IMG/VR virus record: IMGVR_UViG_3300010362_000001
Coordinates: 1-62,843 of that record
Reading direction: 5' to 3' (one strand)
DNA length: 62,843 nt
From: a virus
Lineage: Duplodnaviria; Caudoviricetes
Of the stretch, positions 22,993 through 31,038 are shown in pieces. The first letter of the stretch is position 1; each line of letters begins with the position of its first letter. The translations under genes were made by a program, and so were the position numbers. The notes beneath the pieces were generated by a model. The model was not told where the DNA came from. It did no database searches and saw nothing but the letters and a program-made list of their open reading frames with translations.

Positions 22993-24194
22993 CAGCGGCG
23001 ACCTTGCTGCAATTGGCAGGCAGATGCTCGTGGTTCGGCGGGCCGGACGACGAAGGAGTCAGCCCGAGCGAAGGGTTGGCATTCATCTACGAGTATGATC
23101 AGGCGCCATATCTATTTCTCGATCAGCAGCCGCCGGGCACGACAGGGCTGGCGCGTCGATTGAATCCCGACGTCTTCTATATCGCATGCCGATGGGACTA
23201 CGGCGTGACGCCGAAAGAGCTGCTGCGCGAAAGTGGCTATCGCGCGCTGGTACGCGCCGGCGACAAAGCGTTCCTGGCGTGGCCGGCGGACTGGGGGCCG
23301 CATGAGGACACCGGCCGCGTCGCTGACATCTCGCTAGGTTTGATGGAAGCGCTCGACATCGAGACCGACGATGTAATCGAGGTCATCTATCCGGCACCAG
23401 AAGAGGACACAGACATGACAACGCCGAAGCGAATGGTTTTGGATTTGTCGCATCACAACACAGTCGACGACTGGAATCAGATGGTCTCCGCCGGCATCAT
23501 CGGCATGATCCACAAGGCGAGCGAAGGCGACTACATGAGCGACGACAAGTATCCCGGCCGGCGCGATGGGTGCGCCGAGAGTGGCTTGTGCTGGGGTGCT
23601 TATCACTTCGCGACCAACGACCCGGTCGAGGCGCAGGTCGAGTTGTTCCTGTCGGCAGCGCAGCCCGACGACGACACGCTGATGGTGCTCGACTGGGAGC
23701 CCTACGGCTCGAAGCAGATGACCGTCGAGCAGGCGAAGCAATGGATCGAGATGGTCGAAGAGCGCACCGGCCGGCCCGGTGAGGTCATGATCTATTCCGG
23801 CAATTTGGCCAAGGAAGAGCTTGGCTCAAGCGACACGTTCTTCGGCGAGCGTCGGCTATGGCTGGCGCAATATGGCTCGTCGCCATCGGTCGAGCCGCCA
23901 TGGGACGAATATTGGCTGTGGCAATATTCCGATGGCGACGTCGGGCCTGAGCCGAAGGGTTGTCCCGGCTGCGGCGGCTATGTCGATACCAACAGCTTCG
24001 ACGGCACCGAATCCGAGCTGCGCGCGGAATGGGCAAGCGGCAGTGCAGAGCGGCCGAAGCCGCCGCGGCCGCCGCGACCGCCGCAGCCGGTCGAGGGCGT
24101 GGTGAACATGGCCGTGATCATACGCGCGCCCGAGGGCGTCACGGTGAACGTGCACGTCGAGCAGATCCCGGCATGGACCAGACGGTCCGGTTAA
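22989..24194 (+). CDS. Endolysin: N-terminal RlpA/DPBB-like domain + GH25 muramidase
   Basis: SWFGG...ADWGP...RVADIS; DLSHHN, KASEG, GAYHF, LDWE, LWLAQY, LWQYSD, VDTN. Confidence 0.85.
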   Translation: MTAATLLQLAGRCSWFGGPDDEGVSPSEGLAFIYEYDQAPYLFLDQQPPGTTGLARRLNPDVFYIACRWDYGVTPKELLRESGYRALVRAGDKAFLAWPADWGPHEDTGRVADISLGLMEALDIETDDVIEVIYPAPEEDTDMTTPKRMVLDLSHHNTVDDWNQMVSAGIIGMIHKASEGDYMSDDKYPGRRDGCAESGLCWGAYHFATNDPVEAQVELFLSAAQPDDDTLMVLDWEPYGSKQMTVEQAKQWIEMVEERTGRPGEVMIYSGNLAKEELGSSDTFFGERRLWLAQYGSSPSVEPPWDEYWLWQYSDGDVGPEPKGCPGCGGYVDTNSFDGTESELRAEWASGSAERPKPPRPPRPPQPVEGVVNMAVIIRAPEGVTVNVHVEQIPAWTRRSG

Positions 24195-24207
24195 CCCGGT
24201 AGCGGGA

Positions 24208-24420
24208 ATGGCGATGACGATGACCGATGCGGATTTTGCCGTTGCCGTCGATCATGCGTTGATGCGTGCCATCGAGAATCGTCTGACCGGTCTGGTCGAC
24301 GTGTTGATGAAGGAATGGCGTGACCCCGAGGCGGTTGACAGATTCAGGGAGGGGATGAAGCGCACCCGGGAGGTCTACGCGGCGGCGGCGAAGATATGCC
24401 GCGAGGAGCAGGAACCATGA
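24208..24420 (+). CDS. Hypothetical helical protein, paralogue of 22774-22992
   Basis: Visible similarity; ATGA overlap with the next gene. Confidence 0.6.
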   Translation: MAMTMTDADFAVAVDHALMRAIENRLTGLVDVLMKEWRDPEAVDRFREGMKRTREVYAAAAKICREEQEP

Positions 24421-24689
24421 ACCCCGGACCTGTTGAAGAAACCGGCAAGGTTGCCATTGGCGTTGTTGACGCCTTGAAGACTCAGCCCGTCACTCTGGCC
24501 ATGGTGATCTTCAATATCATCCTCTTGGGCGTCGTCTACTTCGGCATCGAGAACATGCGCACGCATCAGGCCAAAGTGCTGGAGAGCATCTTCGAGCACT
24601 CGGACCGGCTGTACAACTGCGGCAAGGCAGCGGGCAAGCAGGGTTATAAGCTGCAGTCCGATGAAACGAAGCCGGCGGAGCTAGATTAA
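24417..24689 (+). CDS. Single-TM protein, holin/spanin-like candidate
   Basis: PVTLAMVIFNIILLGVVYF hydrophobic helix; last gene of the late operon. Confidence 0.45.
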   Translation: MNPGPVEETGKVAIGVVDALKTQPVTLAMVIFNIILLGVVYFGIENMRTHQAKVLESIFEHSDRLYNCGKAAGKQGYKLQSDETKPAELD

Positions 24690-24699
24690 GAATCATTAG

Positions 24700-25203
24700 T
24701 CAGATTCGCCCCGTTCCGCGGCATCCCCAACATTGATGCGCAGCGAGCTTGCCCGCGCCGCCGCAGATCGGGCACGTCAGTGCGTCCGGTGTCGGCGATG
24801 CCTTGGCCGCTGCGGCCATGTCGATAGTCTGCACGTCCGGTGTCGGCGGGGCACTGCGGCGCAGCGCGGCGTGCAGGACATGCTGTTCCTGCTCGGTAAG
24901 GTGACGCGCCGCCGGATCGTGGATCTCAATCGTGACGGAACAGTCGACGCCGTCGAGCTTGTTGAAGCGGCCGGGCATTTGCGTGATCCCGCGCGCATCC
25001 ATCACCGGTGCGATGTCGGCGGCGTCGCGCGCGGGCACGAAGCCAAGCATGATCCAGTCCCAACTAACGGCGATGGCGTTCTTGTCGTGCGCGTTGTCAG
25101 GATCGCGCGCCAGCGTCAGCGATGCGTTGTCGTGAAGATTGCGCAAGATGTTGACGGCGCCGGGATGATGTTTCGCGCCGACGATGGCAACCGTGCGTCT
25201 CAT
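24700..25203 (-). CDS. HIRAN-domain protein with C-terminal Zn ribbon
   Basis: L.RDPDN.HDKNAIAV...LGFVP; CPICGG.G...CWGC.G.G. Confidence 0.8.
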   Translation of the reverse strand: MRRTVAIVGAKHHPGAVNILRNLHDNASLTLARDPDNAHDKNAIAVSWDWIMLGFVPARDAADIAPVMDARGITQMPGRFNKLDGVDCSVTIEIHDPAARHLTEQEQHVLHAALRRSAPPTPDVQTIDMAAAAKASPTPDALTCPICGGAGKLAAHQCWGCRGTGRI

Positions 25204-25280
25204 TTGGTCACTTCATTGGCGCGAGCAATTTCTTCGCTGATCTCCGCAACCACGCGGTCGATCGCGGCCGTGCGCCTTGC

Positions 25281-25520
25281 TCATGCGCGTCTCCGTTTCT
25301 GCGGTCGCTTCGGCCGCGGCGCCATCATGGCTTCCTGGTCGAGCAATTGCTGCATCGCCAGCTTGGTGCGCTCGGGGAGCGGCCAGCCTTGCTCGTACCG
25401 TATGATGCTGTGGCGGCTCAGTCCAAGGCGCTCGGCGAATTCACGTTGCGACAGGCCAAGCCGCGCGCGCGCGCGCTTGACGAAATCAGGCATCGGCACT
25501 TCGATCACCGGCATCGACAT
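25281..25520 (-). CDS. Xre-family HTH regulator
   Basis: RARLGLSQREFAERLGLSRHSIIRYEQG. Confidence 0.85.
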   Translation of the reverse strand: MSMPVIEVPMPDFVKRARARLGLSQREFAERLGLSRHSIIRYEQGWPLPERTKLAMQQLLDQEAMMAPRPKRPQKRRRA

Positions 25521-25560
25521 GGTCCCCATTCCAGCCCTTTTTTGGAATCGCATTAACAAT

Positions 25561-25577
25561 GTCGCATGATGCGACCA
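25561..25577. promoter_or_regulatory. Palindromic operator O1 (GTCGCATGATGCGAC) within the putative promoter of the Xre gene
   Basis: 7-1-7 palindrome just 3' of CTTGCG on the minus strand; 17-bp exact inverted copy at 31387-31403. Confidence 0.7.
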
Positions 25578-25709
25578 AACGCAAGGGCTGCGCATGAGGC
25601 TGGCAAGTTCTTGCCCAACTCTTTCTACGCAATCATACGCAGCGCGTGCTTAGTCGCCGTCTGCTACGGATGCCGCGTTGCAACCTCGAAAGAACTTGGA
25701 GGATCCCTG

Positions 25710-25856
25710 ATGAAGATGACTGTTTGGATTGTTGGCGCGTTCCTGACGATCGCGGCGGTCGGCGCCCTGGCAACAGAGGCGTGGGCGGCGTGCCCGGCGG
25801 GCACGCGGTATCAGTGCTATCCGAGCAACGGCAAGATGGTGTGCGGCTGCTTTTGA
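25710..25856 (+). CDS. Small secreted cysteine-rich peptide
   Basis: GGAGG RBS; signal peptide ending AWA; mature ACPAGTRYQCYPSNGKMVCGCF with 4 Cys; own terminator. Confidence 0.7.
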   Translation: MKMTVWIVGAFLTIAAVGALATEAWAACPAGTRYQCYPSNGKMVCGCF

Positions 25857-25879
25857 TCGAGCTGCTTTGTCCCAAACGG

Positions 25880-25911
25880 AGCCCCGGCCAGCTAGGCCGG
25901 GGCTTTTTTTT
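25880..25911 (+). terminator. Intrinsic terminator
   Basis: AGCCCCGGCC-AGCTA-GGCCGGGGCT followed by a T run. Confidence 0.9.
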
Positions 25912-26010
25912 GGCCTTCGCCGGCATTATATTTCTCAGAATCGCGGACCTCGGGGCGGACTCCAACCCGGACCGCGGCCGGACCGCGCGATTTGCAAGGT
26001 CGCGCGAGTC

Positions 26011-26053
26011 AAAAAAAATCCCCCGGTGAGCCTTGCGGCTCCCGGGGGATTTT
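26011..26053 (-). terminator. Intrinsic (probably bidirectional) terminator ending the MoxR operon
   Basis: AAAATCCCCCGG...CCGGGGGATTTT stem with an A run on the plus strand. Confidence 0.85.
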
Positions 26054-26077
26054 GATTTTTGGGGGACTGGAGATCCT

Positions 26078-26392
26078 TCACTCGTAATAGCGCGGGCCGC
26101 TGCTGCGCCCAAGATCGAGCAGGCGGTTGCCGACACGGCCGAGCATCTTCTGCTCGCGCTTGGTCAGGCCGATGGCTTCGATCCCGTCGTCCATGATGCC
26201 GGCCGCGAGGCCGCGGTTGAGCAAGCTCAATTCTTTGTCGCTCAGCACGACGACGTGATGTCGAGCGCCGATCTGCGAGATCCTCGCGTGCAAAGAATCG
26301 AGGCGGTCCCGATCGCCGTCATATGCGCCGGCACCGAGCATGCCGAGTGCTTCCCCGATGATCTTGAGATCGCGTCTGGTGAGAGAGGTCAT
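26078..26392 (-). CDS. Hypothetical protein (last gene of the MoxR operon)
   Basis: GAGG RBS, MTSLTRRDL...; internal LT/S.rE...L pattern three times. Confidence 0.6.
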   Translation of the reverse strand: MTSLTRRDLKIIGEALGMLGAGAYDGDRDRLDSLHARISQIGARHHVVVLSDKELSLLNRGLAAGIMDDGIEAIGLTKREQKMLGRVGNRLLDLGRSSGPRYYE

Positions 26393-26399
26393 TGGTTCC

Positions 26400-26789
26400 T
26401 CACAAGGCTTCGATCTTGCACTGCTTGAGCTGCAGGTCGCCGAACGTGACATCGTCGATGATGCCGCTGACCTGGATGCGCTGGCCCTTGTTCCACTCGA
26501 CGATCTTATCGAGCAGAGTCTGATCGGTGACGGTGCAATCGACGTTTCCGCCGATGCCACCATTGCCGATGTTCACACGGTAGCCGCCGCCGAACAGTCG
26601 AGCCCTGGCGTTGTGGAACGTCCAGGTGAACGCGATCGACTTGCCAGCGTAGTCGCGCGCGAAGCGGACTTCGTTGGCCTTGTAGGTGCCGATGGCTTTT
26701 TCGATGTCAGCCGGACCGTAATCGGCAGCCGACGCGTTCGACGCCGCGGCGATCGTGACGGCGACAAAGGCAAGCAAGAACTTTTTCAT
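26400..26789 (-). CDS. Secreted OB-fold protein (tRNA_anti-like family)
   Basis: Signal peptide; Y.ANEV.....Y.GK.I, C.......KGQ.I.V.G......L..C. Confidence 0.7.
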   Translation of the reverse strand: MKKFLLAFVAVTIAAASNASAADYGPADIEKAIGTYKANEVRFARDYAGKSIAFTWTFHNARARLFGGGYRVNIGNGGIGGNVDCTVTDQTLLDKIVEWNKGQRIQVSGIIDDVTFGDLQLKQCKIEAL

Positions 26790-26885
26790 CTCTGACTCCA
26801 TTGGTTGGGATTGTCCCGGTGCAAGGCCCGGGGTTCGTGTTCGGAATGAACACTATGACGGCGCCCGCAGGCGCCGCTGTAGTAC
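26790..26885 (-). repeat. Structured intergenic element, copy 5 (hairpin A + CUUGCA hairpin B + UGGAGUC RBS)
   Basis: Plus strand: tgactcca / cccggtgcaaggcccggg / actatgacggcgcccgcaggcgccgctgtagt. Confidence 0.85.
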
Positions 26886-27242
26886 TCACTCGTCGTTGCT
26901 CCCCGCAGGAATCGCCTGGGCAACGGCAGCAACACCAGCGTTGTGCACCTGGGTCTGCCGGATTGCTTCAATCAGCCGCTCGTTGTCGTTATGACGCGAG
27001 ATTGCCGACCGCGATACTGCGCAGAACACCCACGCAATCAGCCAGCATACGAAACTGCCGAGGAAACTGAAAAACGCAGGCACCCCGCCGAACATGGCCA
27101 GCAGTGTGAGCACGCAAAACGCGAAGCAGAGAAAGCGCCAAGCGGTGCCAGTCGGTGGGGTTGGCTTCATCAGCCCGATGCCGGAACACAGCAGCGGCAG
27201 GAAGATGATCACTAGGAAGAGAAGAACGGAAGGGTTTTCCAT
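26886..27242 (-). CDS. Membrane protein (3 predicted TM helices)
   Basis: Three hydrophobic segments, W.IAW motif reminiscent of superinfection-immunity proteins. Confidence 0.7.
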   Translation of the reverse strand: MENPSVLLFLVIIFLPLLCSGIGLMKPTPPTGTAWRFLCFAFCVLTLLAMFGGVPAFFSFLGSFVCWLIAWVFCAVSRSAISRHNDNERLIEAIRQTQVHNAGVAAVAQAIPAGSNDE

Positions 27243-27344
27243 TTGGTTTGACTCCTTTGGGTGTGGGTTGATTGCGCCCGTGCAAGCCGGGCCAGTGCTC
27301 GGATGGGCACTATGAGGCGGCGCCTAAAGCGCCGCCCTTAGTGC
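27243..27344 (-). repeat. Structured intergenic element, copy 4
   Basis: tgactcc / gcccgtgcaagccgggc / cactatgaggcggcgcctaaagcgccgcccttagtg (36 bp identical to 29889-29924). Confidence 0.9.
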
Positions 27345-28853
27345 TCAGTGGCTGCCGACGTCGATCGCCGGGGCGCCCCACGGGGCGGTTTCGATCATGC
27401 TGCGGACCGCGTCCGGATATCCGGTATAGGCCCACAGCACGTCGCACGGCGGTTCGCCATCGGCCGCGACGTCGTCGATGTACCCGTCGGTGAAGCAGAC
27501 GATCAGCGTCGGGTCTTCGATCTCGTCGCGTACGTAGTCGAACAAGGGCTTCAGCACCGTGCCGCCACCGCCGCGCGGGTCGAACTCGATCTCGTCGCCG
27601 TTGCGGTAGGTGTCGACCTTGGTGACGCGCGTGTCGCCGTAGACGACGACCGCCTCGTCGATGATGCCCTCGTCGAGGGCCGCCCGCGTCTCCGTCTCGA
27701 TGCAGCCGAGCGCGATGTCATCCATCGAGCCCGATGTGTCGATCAGGAACACGATGCGGTTGATGCCTTCGCGCTCGCGACCCGGCAGGTAGAGCCCGCC
27801 GCCGGCGAAGCGCCGGTTCGGCCGCGACCACGTTTCACGGGAAACGGCGCCCTGGTCGAAGTAGGCCCGGAGCGTCTCGCGCCAGTCTTGCGGCGGCTTG
27901 TCCGCCCGCTCGATCTCGCGCGTGACGTGGCCGGGAGCGTTGCCGCGCTTGGCCGCCAGTGATGCGGCCTGACGCAGGACGCGTTCCCAGGTGGAGTCAG
28001 CGTCGGACAGCCCGGCCGGCTCGTCGGCGGCGTCGAGAACCTCGCCGCAGCCGCCGGGATCGCCAGAGGTTCCGCCCGGTTCGCCGGCCTCGCCGGGCTC
28101 GCCAGCGGCCTCGGGGCTGCTTTCGCCACCCGTGCCGCTACCCTTGCCCGGCTCTTCGGAAGGCTCGCCAGCGGCCTCGCCAGCGTTGCCGCCGGCCTCG
28201 TCGCCATCGGTATCGCCTTCCTCTTCGCCGCCCTGGCCGTCAGCCTCGCCGGCCTCGTCGCCGCCCTCGTCGCCGGGAGAGTTGCCCGACTCCTTGCCAG
28301 CCTCGTCGCCTTCGTCTTGCTGGTCGCCGGCATCATCGTTGCCGGCATCGTCCTGCTCTTCGTCGGCGCCGCCGTTGCTCGGCTGATCGTCGTCGTCGTC
28401 CTCGCCGTCGCCTTGCTGCTGCTGCTGCTGCTGCTTGGCGCGGTCCAGCTCGCGCGCCCGGTAAATATCTTCGGCTGACCAGCCGCGATATTGCGGATCG
28501 ACGAGCGCGCCCTTGGGAAGGGTTACGCCTTCGTCCACGAGATCGATGTTGATCGCGTAGTCGGTGGCAATGTTCCATTCCTTCGGGTCGCGAGCACCGC
28601 GGCGCGAGTGATGCCGCCGCGCGTCGTGCTCCGACTCGTGCCGCTGCACGCCGAGCAGTTCGTTCTGCGTCAGCGTCGCGATGAAGTCGGGATTGTAGAA
28701 GTGCGTCTTGCCGTCCGTCGCCATCGTCGGAAATGCCCGCGACGGCTTCGGCGCGACGTTGGAAACCAGCACGCCATAGAACGTGTGGGCAGTGACCAGC
28801 TCGACGCGCGCCTTCAAGATGCGCTCGGCTGCAAGCCTGTCGGTGTCATTCAT
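27345..28853 (-). CDS. DUF2201-like metallopeptidase + acidic linker + vWA domain
   Basis: MATDG, HESEH (HExxH), WNIATDYAIN; IDTSGSM MIDAS, GGGGT, FTDGY. Confidence 0.9.
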   Translation of the reverse strand: MNDTDRLAAERILKARVELVTAHTFYGVLVSNVAPKPSRAFPTMATDGKTHFYNPDFIATLTQNELLGVQRHESEHDARRHHSRRGARDPKEWNIATDYAINIDLVDEGVTLPKGALVDPQYRGWSAEDIYRARELDRAKQQQQQQQGDGEDDDDDQPSNGGADEEQDDAGNDDAGDQQDEGDEAGKESGNSPGDEGGDEAGEADGQGGEEEGDTDGDEAGGNAGEAAGEPSEEPGKGSGTGGESSPEAAGEPGEAGEPGGTSGDPGGCGEVLDAADEPAGLSDADSTWERVLRQAASLAAKRGNAPGHVTREIERADKPPQDWRETLRAYFDQGAVSRETWSRPNRRFAGGGLYLPGREREGINRIVFLIDTSGSMDDIALGCIETETRAALDEGIIDEAVVVYGDTRVTKVDTYRNGDEIEFDPRGGGGTVLKPLFDYVRDEIEDPTLIVCFTDGYIDDVAADGEPPCDVLWAYTGYPDAVRSMIETAPWGAPAIDVGSH

Positions 28854-28955
28854 TGTCTGACTCCAGGTTTTGAATTGAAAGGCCGCGGTGCAAGTCCGCG
28901 GCAGTGCGGACTATCGGACGGCGCAACGCGGCGCCGTCCTGTAGTAAGGCCCGTT
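28854..28955 (-). repeat. Structured intergenic element, copy 3
   Basis: tgactcca / gccgcggtgcaagtccgcggc / actatcggacggcgcaacgcggcgccgtcctgtagt. Confidence 0.85.
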
Positions 28956-29828
28956 TCAGCCAAGTAGCGACTCGACATCCTTCAGGATGTCGTCGGCGCT
29001 TTTCTGCACGCTGGCGCGAACCGTGTCGTCCTTGCGCAGCGTTTCCGCTTCTTCGACGCACAGTTCGCGCTTGATCCGCTCGGCGACCGCATCGAACTTC
29101 GGGTCGTCGGCGAAGTTGAAGGCAGGCAGGAGATCGGCCAACTCGCGCACATTGTCGACCAGCGAGCCGGTGAAAAAGCTGTTGTCGTTCTTGTACGCCT
29201 TCAGCTTTTCCGACATGTGGCCGATCACCTTGGCGATCTCGTCGACCGTGTCGCGCATCGCGCCGTCGAGCACCTTGGCGTTGGTTGCATCCATCTCGCG
29301 ACGGATATCGTCCAGCATGTCCTTGTCGAGCACGTCGGACCGGAAGTCGTCCGAATCCGGCACCGGGAACGTTTTGGTGTCCAGATTGAACTTCGACCGG
29401 ATCTCGTCTGGCGACGGATAGTCGTTCGCGTCGAACAGGCCGTTGAGCGCCCGGCGGCGCTCCGCGACGAAGTCGGGATAGCCGGCGCAGAACTCGTCGA
29501 CCGCTTCGTTGAACTCGCGCTTGAGCACGCGAAATTCCTCGGCGAACTTTGCGTGCAGCCTGTTCGGCAGAATGCGCAAGCCCTGATCGGCCCACGGCTT
29601 GGTCAGCCGATAGTGCAGATCGCGCGCCTTGCTGACCAGTCCGTTGATGCGCTGCAAGCGCTTGGCCTCGATCAGGAGCTTGTTGTAGCGGCCGGCGTCT
29701 TCGCTGGCGCCGTGCTCGGCATTGACCTTTTGCGTGACTTTCTTGTCGAGCTTGCGCGCCGTCCACTGCGAGATGTCGACCGAGACCAGCGTTGCCTTGC
29801 GGCAAAGCGGGTTCATGATCTTCGTCAT
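28956..29828 (-). CDS. DUF3150-like helical protein
   Basis: LVSV.IS.WTARK.DK, T.PW...G.RILP, F...DYPS...IRSKF; sits between MoxR and vWA genes. Confidence 0.65.
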   Translation of the reverse strand: MTKIMNPLCRKATLVSVDISQWTARKLDKKVTQKVNAEHGASEDAGRYNKLLIEAKRLQRINGLVSKARDLHYRLTKPWADQGLRILPNRLHAKFAEEFRVLKREFNEAVDEFCAGYPDFVAERRRALNGLFDANDYPSPDEIRSKFNLDTKTFPVPDSDDFRSDVLDKDMLDDIRREMDATNAKVLDGAMRDTVDEIAKVIGHMSEKLKAYKNDNSFFTGSLVDNVRELADLLPAFNFADDPKFDAVAERIKRELCVEEAETLRKDDTVRASVQKSADDILKDVESLLG

Positions 29829-29925
29829 GGTGATGACTCCATTTGATTGGTTGGCGCCCGGTGCAAGGCCGGGCGAGCGTTCGATGAACACTATGAGGCG
29901 GCGCCTAAAGCGCCGCCCTTAGTGA
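29829..29925 (-). repeat. Structured intergenic element, copy 2
   Basis: tgactcca / cgcccggtgcaaggccgggcg / cactatgaggcggcgcctaaagcgccgcccttagtg. Confidence 0.9.
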
Positions 29926-30945
29926 TCACTGCATGAGCACGGCGCTGTTGTTGACGGCCCAGGTTGAATAGGCCGGCGTGTCCTTCAGCGTCGCGTCGCG
30001 CACGGTCGCATCGTGCACGAGCAGAACCTGCTGCTCGGCCGGAAGGCGATCGGCATACTTGATGATCTGGCTCCAGTTCTTCCGCGTCGCGAGACGCGCA
30101 AGGCCGGTGCAGACCGCGTATTTTTCGCTCGGCTCGACCGGCACCTTGGCGCCCATCGGGTCGCGTACGATGTCTTCGAGCGAACCGAGTGACCGATAGA
30201 GCTGCAGGAAGCCTTCCAGCTCCGCGGCAACGTCGTCGCCGATATGCGCCGCGAACAGCCGCTGGCGATGTGCCTTCGGCGCGTTCACGTGCTCGGCGGC
30301 CCGGGTCAAGGACCGCGCCGACGGGAACGCGTTCTCGTCGCCGCGCGGTGCCCGGTAGATCAGTTCGCGCCGGAACCGCACGAAGGCGACCATCTCCGGC
30401 GCGACGTTGTTCGCCGTGGCCCAGGTGGCCCAGGCCGCGACGTCCGGCGTCACATAGAGATGGGCGAAGCGGTTGCGGATATGCGTCGGCATGCGCTGCG
30501 CCGCGGCACGGTCAGTGACGCGGTTGCCGGCGGCGATCACGCGCCAGCCTTTCGGCAGGCGATAGTCGCCGACCTTGCCTTCGAGGATCAGGCCGGCGAG
30601 CACCGCTTGCATTTGCGGCGTCGCTTGGTTGATCTCGTCGGTGAACAGGTAGCCATCGGCGCCGTCGCGCTCGGCTTGCGGCAGCTCGTCAGGCACCAGC
30701 CACTTGGTCGTGCCCGTCGCCAGATCCGCAACCGGGATGCCGCGCAAGTCGACCGGCTCGCGCAGCGCGGCGTGGAACTCAAGGACCGTGCGGCCCTTGC
30801 GTTCGCCAAGCTGGCGCACGATCGAGGATTTGCCAACGCCGGGCGGGCCCCAAAGCATGACGGGCGCGCCGGCATCGGTCAGAAGTTCGAGCAGCACCGC
30901 GGCTTCCGCAATGGTGCACTCGATTTCTCGGAGAGTGTTTTGCAT
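29926..30945 (-). CDS. MoxR-like AAA+ ATPase
   Basis: Walker A GPPGVGKS, DLRGIP, Walker B LFTDEINQA, AAGNR, NRF. Confidence 0.92.
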   Translation of the reverse strand: MQNTLREIECTIAEAAVLLELLTDAGAPVMLWGPPGVGKSSIVRQLGERKGRTVLEFHAALREPVDLRGIPVADLATGTTKWLVPDELPQAERDGADGYLFTDEINQATPQMQAVLAGLILEGKVGDYRLPKGWRVIAAGNRVTDRAAAQRMPTHIRNRFAHLYVTPDVAAWATWATANNVAPEMVAFVRFRRELIYRAPRGDENAFPSARSLTRAAEHVNAPKAHRQRLFAAHIGDDVAAELEGFLQLYRSLGSLEDIVRDPMGAKVPVEPSEKYAVCTGLARLATRKNWSQIIKYADRLPAEQQVLLVHDATVRDATLKDTPAYSTWAVNNSAVLMQ

Positions 30946-31038
30946 TTTCGGACTCCATTGATGTTGCGCCGTTGCAAGACGGCGCGTGTTGCGAGGCAAC
31001 ACGTTAGAGCGGCGCCAACCGGGCGCCGCTCGGTACGT
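30946..31038 (-). repeat. Structured intergenic element, copy 1 (with one extra small hairpin)
   Basis: gactcca / gcgccgttgcaagacggcgc / gagcggcgccaaccgggcgccgctc. Confidence 0.8.

Noticed and set aside
26815-30985. Hairpin-B CTTGCA as a -35 promoter box in each copy
   Set aside because: Same hexamer as the real promoter, but the copies checked have no -10-like hexamer 17 bp downstream; kept only as a loop motif
26790-31038. CRISPR array or integron attC cassettes
   Set aside because: Repeats are separated by whole genes, not 30-40 bp spacers, and no cas genes are seen; no RYYYAAC/GTTRRRY cores, and the only integrase has its own tRNA attP
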